Of a stretch of 64,000 nucleotides of DNA, positions 24,157 through 48,291 are shown in pieces (the stretch's first letter is position 1; each line of letters begins with the position of its first letter). Made by a program: the position numbers and the translations under genes. Source of the DNA: the human T2T-CHM13v2.0 reference genome, Homo sapiens; the NCBI RefSeq assembly GCF_009914755.1, contig NC_060925.1; one strand, given 5' to 3'. Below the pieces are notes generated by a model that saw nothing but the letters and a program-made list of their open reading frames with translations, was not told the DNA's origin and made no database searches.

Positions 24157-24520
24157 TAATGAATATACTAATTGATACTGGGCTTGTTTGTGTTGTTTAA
24201 TTGTCAATCTGAGAATTTGAAATTAAACAATCTATATTATATGGCAGTCTTTCTAACTGTTAAGTCTGAGTGTTTCACATTCACTGTTGACTGCAGGCTA
24301 TCATCAAAACATTACATTTCCTTTTACAAAGGTTCTGGTGACTCAAAATGTTTTCTAAAAGACACTCCCTAATTGGGGAGGGGTCTTTTGAGACAATTTT
24401 GTATGTACTTAATCCATGTTTAAGAAAACTGTCCTTTAACTCTTACCTTTGTTTACAGTATATGTTGTTTATGTAATGTCCTGATGTACATTAATATACA
24501 GGAAGTACATTAATATATTA

Positions 24521-24664
<144 letters not shown>

Positions 24665-25008
24665 TTAGCCAGGCATGGTGGCACGGACTTGTAGTCCTAG
24701 CTGCTACTTGGGAGGCTGAGGTGGGAGGATTGCTTGAGCTGGTGAAGGTTGAGGCTGCAGTGACAGAGCAAGACCCTGTCTCAAAGAAAAAAAAAAAAAG
24801 AAACATACCTAAGTTATACAGTTAGTAGGTGGCAGAATTGGAATTTGAACCTAGTAGGATAGGATTGGATTGATGCTTTCTAAACCCTTCACTTAGGGAT
24901 TTTTTCTTGAAATAACATGGTTATAGTGATAGACCTTTTTTCTTTTAAAAGTGGTGGCAAAGTACTAAACATAAGCTATATTTTTGTTCCCCAGAAAGAG
25001 AAATCTAA

Positions 25009-25209
<201 letters not shown>

Positions 25210-26416
25210 TGATGGGGTTTCACCATGTTGGCCAGGCCGGTCTTGAACTCCTGACCTCAAGTGATCCAATTGCCTCGGCCTCCCAAAGTGCTGGGATTAT
25301 AGGCGTGAGCCACACCGCTCCTGGCCTAAATGTTAAAAATACTGTTTTAATTAAACAATATTGAATTTTAGGAATTTATCCTAAAAAGATTCTTTTATAT
25401 AATAATCTACTAATATTAATTGGGCAATTACTCAGAGTTATACGTACATGAATATTCACAGTAGTATTGTTTATAATAGCAGAAAGGAAGGAAAGTAGGA
25501 ACTTAATGCCCATTAAATGGCCATTAATTAAATTGTTTATATCCATATGGTATAAAATATATAATTATTAAAATTGGTTGCAGAGATTGATATTTAAGTA
25601 ATTTTGAAAGATATTCATTTCAGTGTTGAACTTTCAAAAGCAAGTATGAATCTACTTACATAAGATTCTCTGTAGAGATTTCTAAGTATTAAAGATAGTG
25701 TTACCTATAAGCTGTGATCACTGATGATTTATACTTTTATATTATTTGATTTTTTTCCTACAGTGACTATTAATCTGTTTTTATTAATACAAGAGAGTGA
25801 AACCTTAAAGGCGTATAATTTTGTGGCTTTTCTTTTATTGAAAAGTGTTTCAAGAAGTAAATTATAATAAGTTGCTGTTCTAAAACCTAACCAAAAATCT
25901 TAAATGGGAAAAATTGAAGTACAAAAAAGGTGATTTTAAGTAAGCTATTTGGTAAGAGCTTTATGGAATGGGAAAGAATAAAAATTTTAAAGCATGTTTT
26001 GCAACATAAAAGTAGCACAATTACGTAGGTAAATGATAAGATAGCTTAAGGGAAAGATGTTTCAAACTTGAAGTAATTTTAAAATCTCTTGCATATTTCA
26101 TTTATACAAATTCATTATATACATTATTCATTTATATACATATTCTTTCAAAGTAAAATCTTTGCTATGTTTCTCTTACATGGTAATTATAAAATCTGTT
26201 TACATATGTGTATCATCATTATAATGTATAGAAATTGGAAATAATAATCCAATTTGAGTTAAATAGGAGTTATCTCAGTGTAGAACAAGATGTTCTCTTT
26301 AGACTGCATGCTGTTTTGACAACCTATCCTAAAATGTAGGCAGTCTGTTTTTAATACAAAGGATTTTGTAAATCAGTATAATTAAATTTATTGCAACTGT
26401 TTATTTTTAAATACAG

Positions 26417-26479
26417 GCTGACAAGACCTACATGTTACGAGAATATACGTCACGAGAAAGCAAAATTTCTAGTTTGATG
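26417..26479 (+). CDS. TIPRL: TIPRL coding exon 6 (followed by a GC donor)
   Basis: atacag| acceptor; ADKTYMLREYTSRESKISSLM; 63 nt; donor ATG|gcaagt. Confidence 0.93.
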
Positions 26480-27401
26480 GCAAGTACTTAAATTTCAGTT
26501 TTTAGAAGTTAATTTTAATGTTTCATTTTAATTTAAGTAGCATATACCCCTGACCCCAACCACCCAAGTTTACATCCCTAAACCCATTCATTCACCTAAT
26601 GGGGCTCTATAGGATAAATTCTATGGGAGCATAACTTTTCTGACCTTACCTCAAATACAAGAACATTTAGAGCTGCTAGGTACTTAAGCCTCATCTAATC
26701 TAATTTTCACATTTTGTTCTAGAGAAATTGAAACCCAGAGGTGTGACTTACTCTGAGTCACATAGCTGGCTGGTGATGGATGTTCTTTACACTTACCACC
26801 CTGCCGCCTTATTTCTTTCTACATAGTCTCCTTTTCTCTTCCGAAAATGTGGTGATTCTGTACCATAATTTGTTTGTTTTGGCATCATTTTTCTTTATTT
26901 TTTACTCCCCTGGGACCTGTGAAGCCTTCCTTAGAACTTAGGATTCTATAATGGGTTGCTTAAAAATTGGTACCTTCCTATAAACTTGATTTTATTTTTT
27001 CACGCTTAGTATGTACTTCTGTCTGGGTATAGAGTATACTTGGAACAGAAAAGTTACTACTTAGATTCTATTGTAGACTACATGCTGTGCTCTAACCGAA
27101 GACTAGTGTTTTCAAGTTACAAAAGCAGGAGATACATAGGGTTGGATTAAGATGTATTAAATTCTTAGGACATTTGTGGGAACATTATAGATTATATAAC
27201 CCTGTGATCTTTGATGAAATCATTCAGTAACAAAGTTGAATGATTCCGTATCAAGAAATACCTATTATTTTTAGGAGCACATATGCATATATTGCACCTG
27301 ATTTTAAAATTTCCATGCTTTATGAATGCTTGAACCAAAACATTTGTAAAAAATTTCAGTACAGTAACTGAATATGCTAATATGATTTATGTATTTCCTA
27401 G

Positions 27402-27545
27402 CATGTTCCACCTTCCCTCTTCACGGAACCTAATGAAATATCCCAGTATTTACCAATAAAGGAAGCAGTTTGTGAGAAGCTAATATTTCCAGAAAGAATT
27501 GATCCTAACCCAGCAGACTCACAAAAAAGTACACAAGTGGAATAA
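27402..27545 (+). CDS. TIPRL: TIPRL coding exon 7 (terminal)
   Basis: ttcctag| acceptor; [47 protein letters not shown]; exon sum 104+180+100+132+96+63+144=819 nt = 272 aa + stop. Confidence 0.96.
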   Translation, partial: HVPPSLFTEPNEISQYLPIKEAVCEKLIFPERIDPNPADSQKSTQVE

Positions 27546-29114
27546 AATGTGATACAACATATACTCACTATGGAATCTGACTGGACACCTTGGCTATTTG
27601 TAAGGGGTTATTTTTATTATGAGAATTAATTGCCTTGTTTATGTACAGATTTTCTGTAGCCTTAAAGGAAAAAAAAATAAAGATCGTTACAGGCAGGTTT
27701 CACTCAACTGCTGTTTGTACTGTCTGTCTTCACATTCATATTCCAGATTTATATTTTCTGGAGTTAAATTTGGATGATTTCTAAATTATCACAAAGTGGG
27801 ACCTCAGCAGTAGTGATGTGTGTGTCTCATGAGCAGTGAGCACAGTCTGCATTCATCATGAAACACTATCTTCTACCAGGAGGAGGTTAATGTAAATCAC
27901 CAAATCCCAATGCCTTGTGACTTTCATAGGATTCCTGATCATGCATGTTGATGTACTGGCTCTTCACTTTGGGCTTTCTGATGTTTATTCACACCTTTGG
28001 AGAGTTGCAACTTGCCACATACGAAATTAGTCTCATAGTGTAGTGAACTTCAACCCCAAAATTTTAAAAATGTATTTCCCCCCAGTTTTAAATTGCCTTT
28101 GAAATTTAAAAAAAAAAAATTTAGACTTAGTACCAGAACCAAAAATACCTAGATTTTTGGAGAACTTATTACATACATAGAAACATGAATATGGTTTACC
28201 ACTGTGTGTGTGTAGGATGTTAGAATTATCTGTCCTCCATCTTTAGGTGCTTTTTCTTAAATGTGGTTCTACTTATACTGATATTTTTAATTTCCATCTT
28301 CCATGCAACCTCAGAGTGAATAAACCCCTTAAATTTGGTGCTGGTTCGAAAAAGTCTAAAGGGTTTATTAGGGGTTGTTTTTCGCAAATATTACATCAAT
28401 CCTTAAAGCAACAAGATTAATTTTCTGCTTAAAATATTTGGGAAGATAGGTAAGGAGGAGGGGGTTTTAAAATATAAAAGCAAGTTTTTCTATTTTAAGG
28501 TGCATATTTGTAACATTACAGGGGATGAAGTAAAATGTAATTAATTAGCACAAGACTTAGGGAGTACAGAAAATACACAGAAGTAAATTTCAAATCCATT
28601 TGATTGTTTTCATAGTGACCCCTTAGTCATTTTATATTCTTGTCTGCCTTTCTAGAAAAATGGTTGTCATAAAGTGGAAAGTGATTAAAAAGCATCAAAT
28701 AAGAAATTATTTCAAGTGGATTTTTAAAAATATTTTTTTGAAGGGCAGGGGGAAAATTCACCCCTTTTCTGATTTGAAATATGTTGTACATATTTCCATT
28801 TGATGGATAAATCATTAAGTAAGAATATTTGATTTAAAGTATTAGCCAACCTCTTCAGGTATTAGCCTGAAGATAAATTTTAACAAAACATATACACTTG
28901 GGTATCCGTCATTGCTCAAACTCTATAGTGTATTGCTGGAGCCAATAGGCAGGGTATATTTTATTAGCTAAATTTGATATTTGTCTTCTGCCTTCTGTAT
29001 CACCTCCAAGCTATAGGAAATCAGGATTTTGTTGGCTTTAAGAAAACACATGGTATGTTCACTGTATATTAAATATACCTGTATTTAATGTTTTCTCTTA
29101 GGACAGAAAAGTAG

Positions 29115-29140
29115 ACACACACACACACACACACACACAC
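29115..29140. repeat. (AC)13 in TIPRL 3'UTR
   Basis: Direct read. Confidence 0.95.
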
Positions 29141-29269
29141 ATGTTGTGTTCAGCTTTCTGTTTTATATTATTTGCCATTGAGATTAGAATAGAACAGGCT
29201 CTATTCATGCAAACTATATGAAATGAAAAACTTTTAAGACTCTTCATTAATTGGAGCTTCTGGGCAACA

Positions 29270-29271
<2 letters not shown>

Positions 29272-29313
<42 letters not shown>
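29272..29313. repeat. (GT)21 in TIPRL 3'UTR
   Basis: Direct read. Confidence 0.95.
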
Positions 29314-29316
<3 letters not shown>

Positions 29317-29593
29317 CAGACATTTTTTTTTTAACTTGTTGATTCAGATGTCTTGGTCCCTGAATAGTCCTAGATTACTTATTTTGAGAATTCATTGTTA
29401 AAAATTACAGGGAATTAAAATAATTGCCTTTTTTTTTTTTAGAGGGTAAGAGATGGGTAGAAGAGTATGCCTCTGAAAATTTTATTAGTTTATTCTTGTG
29501 GAGAATACCAAGAAAATGTGTATTTGCCCATTGCTAAATATGATATATGCCATTTTGTATTTATTTGTCCCAAGTGTCTTTTTGTAAGAGGAG

Positions 29594-29599
29594 AATAAA
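29594..29599 (+). terminator. Distal TIPRL polyadenylation signal
   Basis: AATAAA followed ~20-60 nt later by T/GT-rich downstream elements. Confidence 0.7.
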
Positions 29600-31345
29600 C
29601 AATAAGGAATTACTGATCAAAGTTTTACTATTTCATTTATTTGAGTTTTTCTTAGAGCTTAATTAAAGAAGTGTGGTTTGGGGTATACTTTTCTTATTTG
29701 TGCTTTATGTTTTGAACTCAGTCAACACTGTAGACAGTCTCCAGGCAGGTTATAAATTAAAACCTAACTGATGGTTCAGAATACAATTTCCCAGTTTGCA
29801 TTTGGGCTCTTGCCTCTCCTCTCCCTCTGTTCATCAATATTTCCATGGATGTTTTTTAACAGTATTTTCTGTATGTTGGGTTAATGTTTTTGGTTTTTGA
29901 AAATATGAATACCTGTCGTATGTATTAGTTTTGAGTACTATATGTACAATTATGGTGCTAGGTATAATAGATTACAACAATGAAGCGATGTAGTATATGT
30001 TTTTATAGGATTAAAGTCTAATGGAGGAGACAAAGTAAAAAAATTACTAATTTTAATATGTGCAGTGATGGAAATGATACTGACAAGAGAGTAACAGAAA
30101 ATCAACTAACTTTAGTAGAGGTAGTCAGAGCTCTGCTTCTCAAGAAGATGTGGAAAACCTCAAGAGACTGTCATTCCCATTTTAACAAGGAGAAAAGGCT
30201 GGGTCATCTATAAAATTAAAGCTTTTTTTCTTGAACATATCAAAGAACTGAAATTACAAGGCAAACAAACCAAATCCCAAAGAGTGATAAGCCCTACAAG
30301 GAGAGATGGGACATACTGACTGTTTAACCTTAGGAAGAACCCAAGAGAAAGAGATGGCCTTTATATAAACAGGTAAAATATTGGCAAAAATTTTAAGAAA
30401 TTCCTAAAGTGTACATGTGGGCTAGCATACCAGTTTGGAATAGCCAAGAATCTGAAATAAGGGAACTTCATACACACTCACAAGTTCTTTCCCAAGGGCC
30501 TACACCAGGACTTAAGAAAGACTGGAAGCAGGGTGTGGAACCAGAAAGTCTCAGTAGGTGGTTTAAGCAAACAGAAGGTAGTTGGCTGCCATGAAATTCT
30601 GCCTGCTTTCAAGCTCTTCTCTTGAATGATGCAAAAGCCTTAGGCTATTGTAGGGAGGAACAACAATCATTCCTAGGGCCCAGGCAGAAATTCATTGCTC
30701 TGGGGTAGGAATGTAGACAAAACCCATCTGCTTTTGAGAGAGAGGTAGGAAATGTTCTGCCTTCAGGACACAGGAAAACAATATTACTGCTGGAAGAGTA
30801 GAAGCAAAAATTGACCTTGGAGGATAGGCAGAAAATCTGGGCCCAGGAAGCCACATGGATAACATAAAGAGGTCTGCTCCCAGTGGGGAATGAGCATGAA
30901 ATTGTTGCACAAGACCAACAATAGATTTGAAACAGATTTTGACTACTATTGAGAAATGGTGCAGGAATGTTGAGAAAGCCACATCCCTGAAGGCCAGGCA
31001 CACAAAGCCTGCCTAAGACCGAGGCTAGCCAAGGACAAAAAACCCCCTGTCTCTGCTATAAGCCTAGCACTAAGTAACAAGGAAAACCAGTCTGTTGAGG
31101 AAGCAGCAAGGGTGTAAATATAGATCCTCTCTGTGGTGTAGGCATACAGGGATCCCTGAAAATTGAGGGTGGGACTCAGAAAAGTCCTCCTGTACTCCAG
31201 GTGCACTGTAAGCATAAGGTAACAGCAGTCAACCACTGGAAGAATTTGAAGCCTGTAGTATACTGAAGATAGTGACAGCATTAATCCAACCCAAACCCCT
31301 AAAAACTGGTGTCTACATTGACACAATTTCCAAACTAATGGTCTC

Positions 31346-32073
<728 letters not shown>

Positions 32074-32440
32074 GTTTGACAGAAGTGTGTGCATTTCCAG
32101 GTGTAACACAATCTACCTTATTCCTTCTGTTATACACATGAGTCTGGCATTCAATCAAAAACCAACAAAATCCAATTCAGAAATGAAACAGAGGTTGGGA
32201 CTAGCAGACCTTAAGACAATCAGTTAATATATTAACATATCTGGTGGAAAAGGTGGGAAATAACAAACAGATAGTGAATTTCAGCAGAGAAGTGGGTAAA
32301 AAAGGGCAAAATGGAAACACCAGATATATACACATAAAAAGCTTGGCCAGGCACTGTGGTTCACACCTGTAAGCCCAGCACTTTGGGAGGCCGAGGCAGG
32401 TAGATCACTTGAGACCAGGAGTTTGAGACCAGCCTGTCTA

Positions 32441-32714
<274 letters not shown>

Positions 32715-32816
32715 TCAATAGCAAGTATCTAAACAGACAAAGCAAAAGAGAGTAGTGGTGGGGAAACAGGACAGAGCATCCAAGAACTGTGGAGCAAGAT
32801 CAAATAGTCTGATGTA

Positions 32817-36452
<3,636 letters not shown>

Positions 36453-36576
36453 ATATGTAATTAAAGTCCAAGAGAAAACAGAAATGGACTGCGGGATAAG
36501 AAATATCAGTAGAGGCCGGGCGCGGTGGCTCACGCCTGTAATCCCAGCACTTTGGGAGGCCGAGGCGGGCGGATCA

Positions 36577-36837
<261 letters not shown>

Positions 36838-37064
36838 TCAGTAGAGATAATGGCCAAGAATTTTCCAAAGTTAATGAAGAACAGTAACTCACAGGTCCCA
36901 GAATTCCAGAAATTCCACATTGTAAGTCAAACTGCTGAAACCAAAGATAAGAGTTAATCTCTCAAAGACAGTTGGAGGAAAAAGAAACATTATATACAGA
37001 GAAAGAAACACATAAGAATTATAGCCAACTTCTGGTCAGGGAGTAAATGAGCAAGAAAATAATG

Positions 37065-40392
<3,328 letters not shown>

Positions 40393-40502
40393 ATCTATCT
40401 ATCTATCTATCTACCATCTATTCTATCTATTCTATAATCTATTCTATTTATCTAATCTATAATCTATTCTATCATCTATTCTATCCAATCTATCCAATCT
40501 AT

Positions 40503-40550
<48 letters not shown>

Positions 40551-40636
40551 ATCTCTGTCTCTGTCTGCCTGCCTGCCTATATAACTACTTACCTACCTTT
40601 CTACCTATCTATCCAGTCACCCATCCATCTATCTAA
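40393..40636. repeat. Degenerate (TCTA)n microsatellite
   Basis: Pure (TCTA)n core ~40504-40550 with degenerate flanks. Confidence 0.9.
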
Positions 40637-41123
40637 ATAGATTTATTGTAAAGAGTTAGATCATGTGATTATGGATGCTGAGAAGTTCCCAGACATGCAG
40701 TCGGCAAAGTGGAGATCTGGGAGAACCTGTGGTACAGTTCCAGTGCAAGTCTGAAGGCCTGAGAATCAGGAGAGCCAATGGTGTCAGTTCCAGTTCAAAA
40801 GCTAGCAGGCTTGAGACCCAAGAAGAGCCATTGTTTCAGTTCAAGTTCAAAGGAAGCAAAAGATTGATGTCCTTGCTCAAGGCAGTCAGGCGGGAGATGT
40901 TCCCTTTACTTGGCCTTTCTGATCTATTCAGGCATTCAGTGGATTGGACAAGACCCACCCACATCAGGGAGGGTAGTCTAATTTGTAGTCTTTACTCAGT
41001 TTACCAATGCAAATGTTAATCTCATTCAGAAACCCCCTCACAGATATACCCAGAATAGTGTTTGACCAAATATCTGGGCACCCTGTGGCCTAGTCAAGTT
41101 CACACATAAAATTCATCATCGCA
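40637..41123. mobile_element. MLT2-like ERVL LTR
   Basis: gtgattatgga..ctgagaag..gaaggcctgagaa..caagttcacacataaaatt..catc; similarity to recalled consensus. Confidence 0.65.
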
Positions 41124-41335
41124 ATGACATTCTGGAAAGGCAAAATCATTGGCAGAAATCAGATCAATTGTTTCAAGAGGGGGGAAGTATTGAATATGAA
41201 AGGACCTGAGGGAAATTTTAGGTGTGATGGACTATGCTAAATTTTTATTGTGGTGGTACTTACTTGACCATATAGGTTTGTCAGAACTCATTGAATTGTA
41301 TACCTAAAAAAGGCAAATTTCTTTATATGTAACTA

Positions 41336-44330
<2,995 letters not shown>

Positions 44331-45410
44331 AGGCTGGTAGCTAGGGATTTGTGGGGACAGTCATGTCTATGGGAATAGCCTAATAATCAGATTGGTGATT
44401 CAGGAGAGGGGATAACCAATGGAGCAATCAGTGTTATGCAAATAAGGCAAATTAAAGCCTCATTTTTAATAATTGTTTATTAGTCATTTCTCACATTAAC
44501 ATTTAAAGGATTGTTATTAAGACGATCAAAACAAGGTTACAGATAATGCCGCTTCCAGAAACTAGAAATAGTCTAGTTTTTTTCCTTATGTACTTAACCA
44601 CATAGCTTCCCTCAGTGATTCACAAAATAGGAAAATCTTTCCCTAATTTTTCGTATCATCACAAACTTAGCAAACTTAGCTGTCTGGAGGACTTGATATT
44701 CTTTATAAATGTGAGGCATGAAGCCTGTTGTCTTAGGGCCTTCCTTTTTTTTTTTTTTTTTTTGAGATGGAGTCTCAGGCTGGAGTGCATTAGTGTGATC
44801 TCGGCTCAATGCAACCTCCATCTCCTGGGTTCAAGAGATTCTCCTGCCTCAGCCTCCTGAGTAGCTGGGATTACAGGCATGCGCCACCATGCCTGGCTAA
44901 TTTTTGTATTTTTGGTAGAGACAGGGTTTCACTATGTTGGCCAGGCTGGTCTCAGACTCTTGACCTTAGGCAGTTTGCCCACCTCAGCCTCCTAAAGTGC
45001 TGGAATTATAGGCGTGAGCTGCCATGCCCAGCCTTTTTTTTTTTTTTTTTGGAGACAAGGTCTCACTCTGTTGCCCAGACTGTAGTGCAGTGGCATGATC
45101 TCAGCTCACTGCAACCCCTACCTCCTGGGTTCAAGTGATCCTCCTGCCTCAGCCTCCCACGTAGCTGAGATTGCAGGCCCGTGCCACCATGCCTGGCTTA
45201 TTTCTATTTTTATTTTTGTAGAGACAGTGTCTCCCTGTATTTCCCAGGCTGGTCTGGAACACCTGGGCTCAAGCAATCTGCCCGCCCCAGCCTCCTAAAG
45301 TGCTGGGATTACAGGCACGAGCCACTGTGCCAGGCCAGGGCCTTCTTGAGTTGCGTTATAAATAAAGGGTCAGGTAGTGCTTGTGGAAATCCTGCCTACA
45401 GGTGTCCTCT

Positions 45411-46019
45411 TGTGGAAATAAGTAATTCAAAGTCTAAGCTATTGGAATGCTAAATTATTCTGAGCCTTAAAGGAATGAGAATTTCAGGGCCTGAGTCATT
45501 GACAGGCTGTAGACTAGGCAGCTATAAGCTATAAGCTTTTGTTTAATAACAAATTAAGCCTTTTCCCTTACATGCATTGTTTCATAAAATGTAAATGGTT
45601 GAAGGGTGCCAGGGAGGACCCCCTTCCCTCTAACTGTAGACTTTCATTATACATTGACCCCCCTCTTACCTTTCTGACACAAAGATTTCTAGGCTATCAT
45701 ATGGCTTAAGATGGAATGTTAAATACACTCTTTAAAATTGGAAAGGAAATGAAAAACCAGTTATAAGGAAAAGAAAACAAGCTACATGGAAACAAACTGT
45801 AACTAATTAATTTGTTATAACTCATAAATCAGTTTTGTATAGAAAATGTTGTAATCTTGTTAAATTTGTCTTTTTCCTATATAAGAAAAAATTTAGCTTT
45901 TGACTTCAAAGCACTAAACTCATTTCTCTGAAGGGGCGCATCCAGGAATGGCTTTCAGCTTCTCTTGAATAAGCTCTTTAAAACTGGATCCTGATCCTTT
46001 TGATTATTTCAGATTGATA
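45411..46019 (+). mobile_element. ERV1 MER4-group solo LTR
   Basis: TGTGGAAATAAGTAATTCAAA...GATTATTTCAGATTGATA flanked by a 4-bp TSD CTCT. Confidence 0.7.
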
Positions 46020-46229
46020 CTCTTCAGTAAAAAATCTTTAGATAGAGCTAGGTACAGTGGCTTATACCTGTAATCCCCACCACTTGGGAAGTTGAGGTGA
46101 AAGGGTTGCTTGAGGCCAGGAGTTTGAGACTTGGCTGAGCAACATAGCAAGACCCTGTCTCTAAATAATAATAATAATAATAAAATCTTTAGATATGTGT
46201 GTTTTCCTACGTATGTTGTATTTATGGCA

Positions 46230-46594
46230 TGTCATAGTCTGTTTTGTGCTCCTATAACAGAATACCGTAGACTGGGTAATTTAAAATGAACAGAAATTTA
46301 TTGGCTCACAGTTCTGGAACTGGGAAGTTCAAGATCAATGGGCCAGTATCTGTCAAAGGCCTTTTAGCTGCGTCATTCCATGACAAAAGGCAGAGGGCAG
46401 GGGAGAGAAAAGGAGACTGAACTGGTCTTTCTATAAGGGATCCACTCCTGTGATAATAGCATTAATATATTCATGAGGGCAGAGTCCTCATGGCCTAATA
46501 ATCTCATAAAGATCCCATCTCTTAATACTGTTGTATGGGGATTGAGTTTCTAACACGTGATTTTTGGGGGATATGACATATTCAAACCGTAGCA
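46230..46594. mobile_element. MaLR LTR (MSTD/MLT1A-like)
   Basis: TGTCATAGTCTGTTTTGTGCT...ATTCAAACCGTAGCA; 5-bp TSD tggca/gggca. Confidence 0.75.
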
Positions 46595-46651
46595 GGGCAC
46601 TGGCAGAGAAAATGCCCATGTGGGTTTTAAGTCTGGATTAGTGTTACAGTG

Positions 46652-47262
46652 TGTGAACCTACAAACGTATCTGAGACAGGTCTCAATCAATTTAGAAAGT
46701 TTATTTTGCCAAGGTTAAGGATACGCCTGTGACACAGCCTCAAGAGGTCGTGATGGCATGTGCCCAAGGTGGCTGGGGCACAGCTTGCTTTTATATATTT
46801 TAGGGAGACATAATACAACAGTCAACACTTGTAACATTTACACTGGTTTGATCTGGAAGGGCAAGACAACTCGAAGTGGGGCTTCCAAGTCATAGGTAAA
46901 TTTAAAAATTTTCTGATGGGCAATTGGTTGAAAGAGTTTTATCAATAGAAAGAAATGTCTGGTTTCCCTAAAGGGGTTATAGAGACCAAGACTTTATATT
47001 GCAGATGAAGCCTCCAAGTAGGAGGCTTCAGAGAGAATACATTGCAGATGTCTTTTATCAGACTTAAGGTCTGTATTGATGTTAATACTAGTCAGCTTTT
47101 CCTGAATTCCAAAAGGCAGGAGGGCATACTGAGGCATGTTCGACCCCACCATCCTGTTGTGGCCTGAACTAGATTTTCAGGTTAACTTTGGAATGCTCTG
47201 GGCCAAGAGGAGGGGCCCATTCTGATGGTTGGAGGGCCTTAGAATTTTATTTTTGGTTTACA
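46652..47262 (-). mobile_element. MER4B-like ERV1 solo LTR
   Basis: TGTGAACC..TCTGAGACAGGTCTCAATCAATTTAGAAAG...TTTATTTTTGGTTTACA; 4-bp TSD AGTG. Confidence 0.8.
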
Positions 47263-47647
47263 AGTGCCAGGTTTTTCTGAGACCTGAATTTGTCTAAGAT
47301 AGAAATAAAAGCCCATTACAGCAAATACTACCCCGTCTTGGTTTGGGTTTCCTTCAAAATGTACCCTGAGACAAGCATCGGGAGGCAGGCAGGCAGTTTG
47401 ACAGGCAATCTCAGGAAGAACAGGTGAGAAAGTGGGAAAGGGAGACAGGAAGAAAAGGCAAAGAAGGCGTGGTCATGAATGTGGGGATTGCAGCTGTGGT
47501 CAAAAGGGGCTTAATCTTGCTGGAGACTTCTGCAGAACCTTGTGGAACGTGCCCCAGAGTGTCCCATTTATAGTCGCATCTCGTTGGTTGGGGTTTGGCT
47601 CCAGGTTGATGGCTGGATCCCCCTTCCCAATACTGAAACAGCTCTGA

Positions 47648-47810
47648 TGACTGGAGTGTTCGAACACCAGGGTCCTTAGTCTCGCACCAATTTTGATAAA
47701 ACAACATGGACACACGTGGAGTAGTTTTAAGGAGTGAAAAGTTCAACAGTCAAGAAAGATGGAAGGAAGGAGAAAACAGCTTCCCTGTACAGAGACAGAG
47801 GGAGGGGGGA
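47648..47810. mobile_element. ERV1 LTR fragment (MER51/MER61-like)
   Basis: ggacacacgtggagtagttttaaggagtgaaaagtt..ccctgtacagagacagaggga; similarity to recalled consensus. Confidence 0.4.
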
Positions 47811-47870
47811 TTTCTCTCTGTAAGCCATTTTCTGCTATCCTCCCCGCGCTCCCCCCCGAAACCCCCACCC

Positions 47871-47872
<2 letters not shown>

Positions 47873-47904
<32 letters not shown>
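47873..47904. repeat. (AC)n microsatellite
   Basis: ~16 AC units. Confidence 0.95.
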
Positions 47905-47906
<2 letters not shown>

Positions 47907-47929
47907 CAGGGCGTGAGGAGAGAAACGAC

Positions 47930-48291
47930 TGTCTGTTTTCACACTGCTATAAAGAACCTCCTGAGACTGGGTAATTTTTGAAGAAAAAAGGCTTAATTGT
48001 AATTTACTTACAGTTCTGCACAGTTAGGGAGGCCTCAGGAAACTTACAATCATGATGGAAAGTGAACGGGAACCAAGGACCTTCTTCACATGGTGTCAGG
48101 GAGAAAGAGTGAAGGAGAAACTGCCACACACTTTTAAACCATCAGATCTCATGAGAACTCACTATCGTGAGAACAGTGTAAGGGAAACCACCCACGTGAT
48201 GCAATCACCACCCACTAGGCCCTTCCCCTGACACGTGGGGATTATAATTCCAGATGACATTTGGGTGGGGACACAGAGCCAAAGCATATCA
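47930..48291. mobile_element. MaLR LTR (THE1D/MSTA-like)
   Basis: ctgttttcacactgctataaaga..ggcctcaggaaacttacaatcatg..gacacagagccaaagcatatca. Confidence 0.8.

Larger units (their letters stand above)
27546..29620 (+). other. TIPRL: TIPRL 3'UTR (long form, ~2.1 kb)
   Basis: AT-rich, Alu-free sequence after the stop; AATAAA at 27676, 28319 and 29594; 3' end approximate. Confidence 0.7.
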
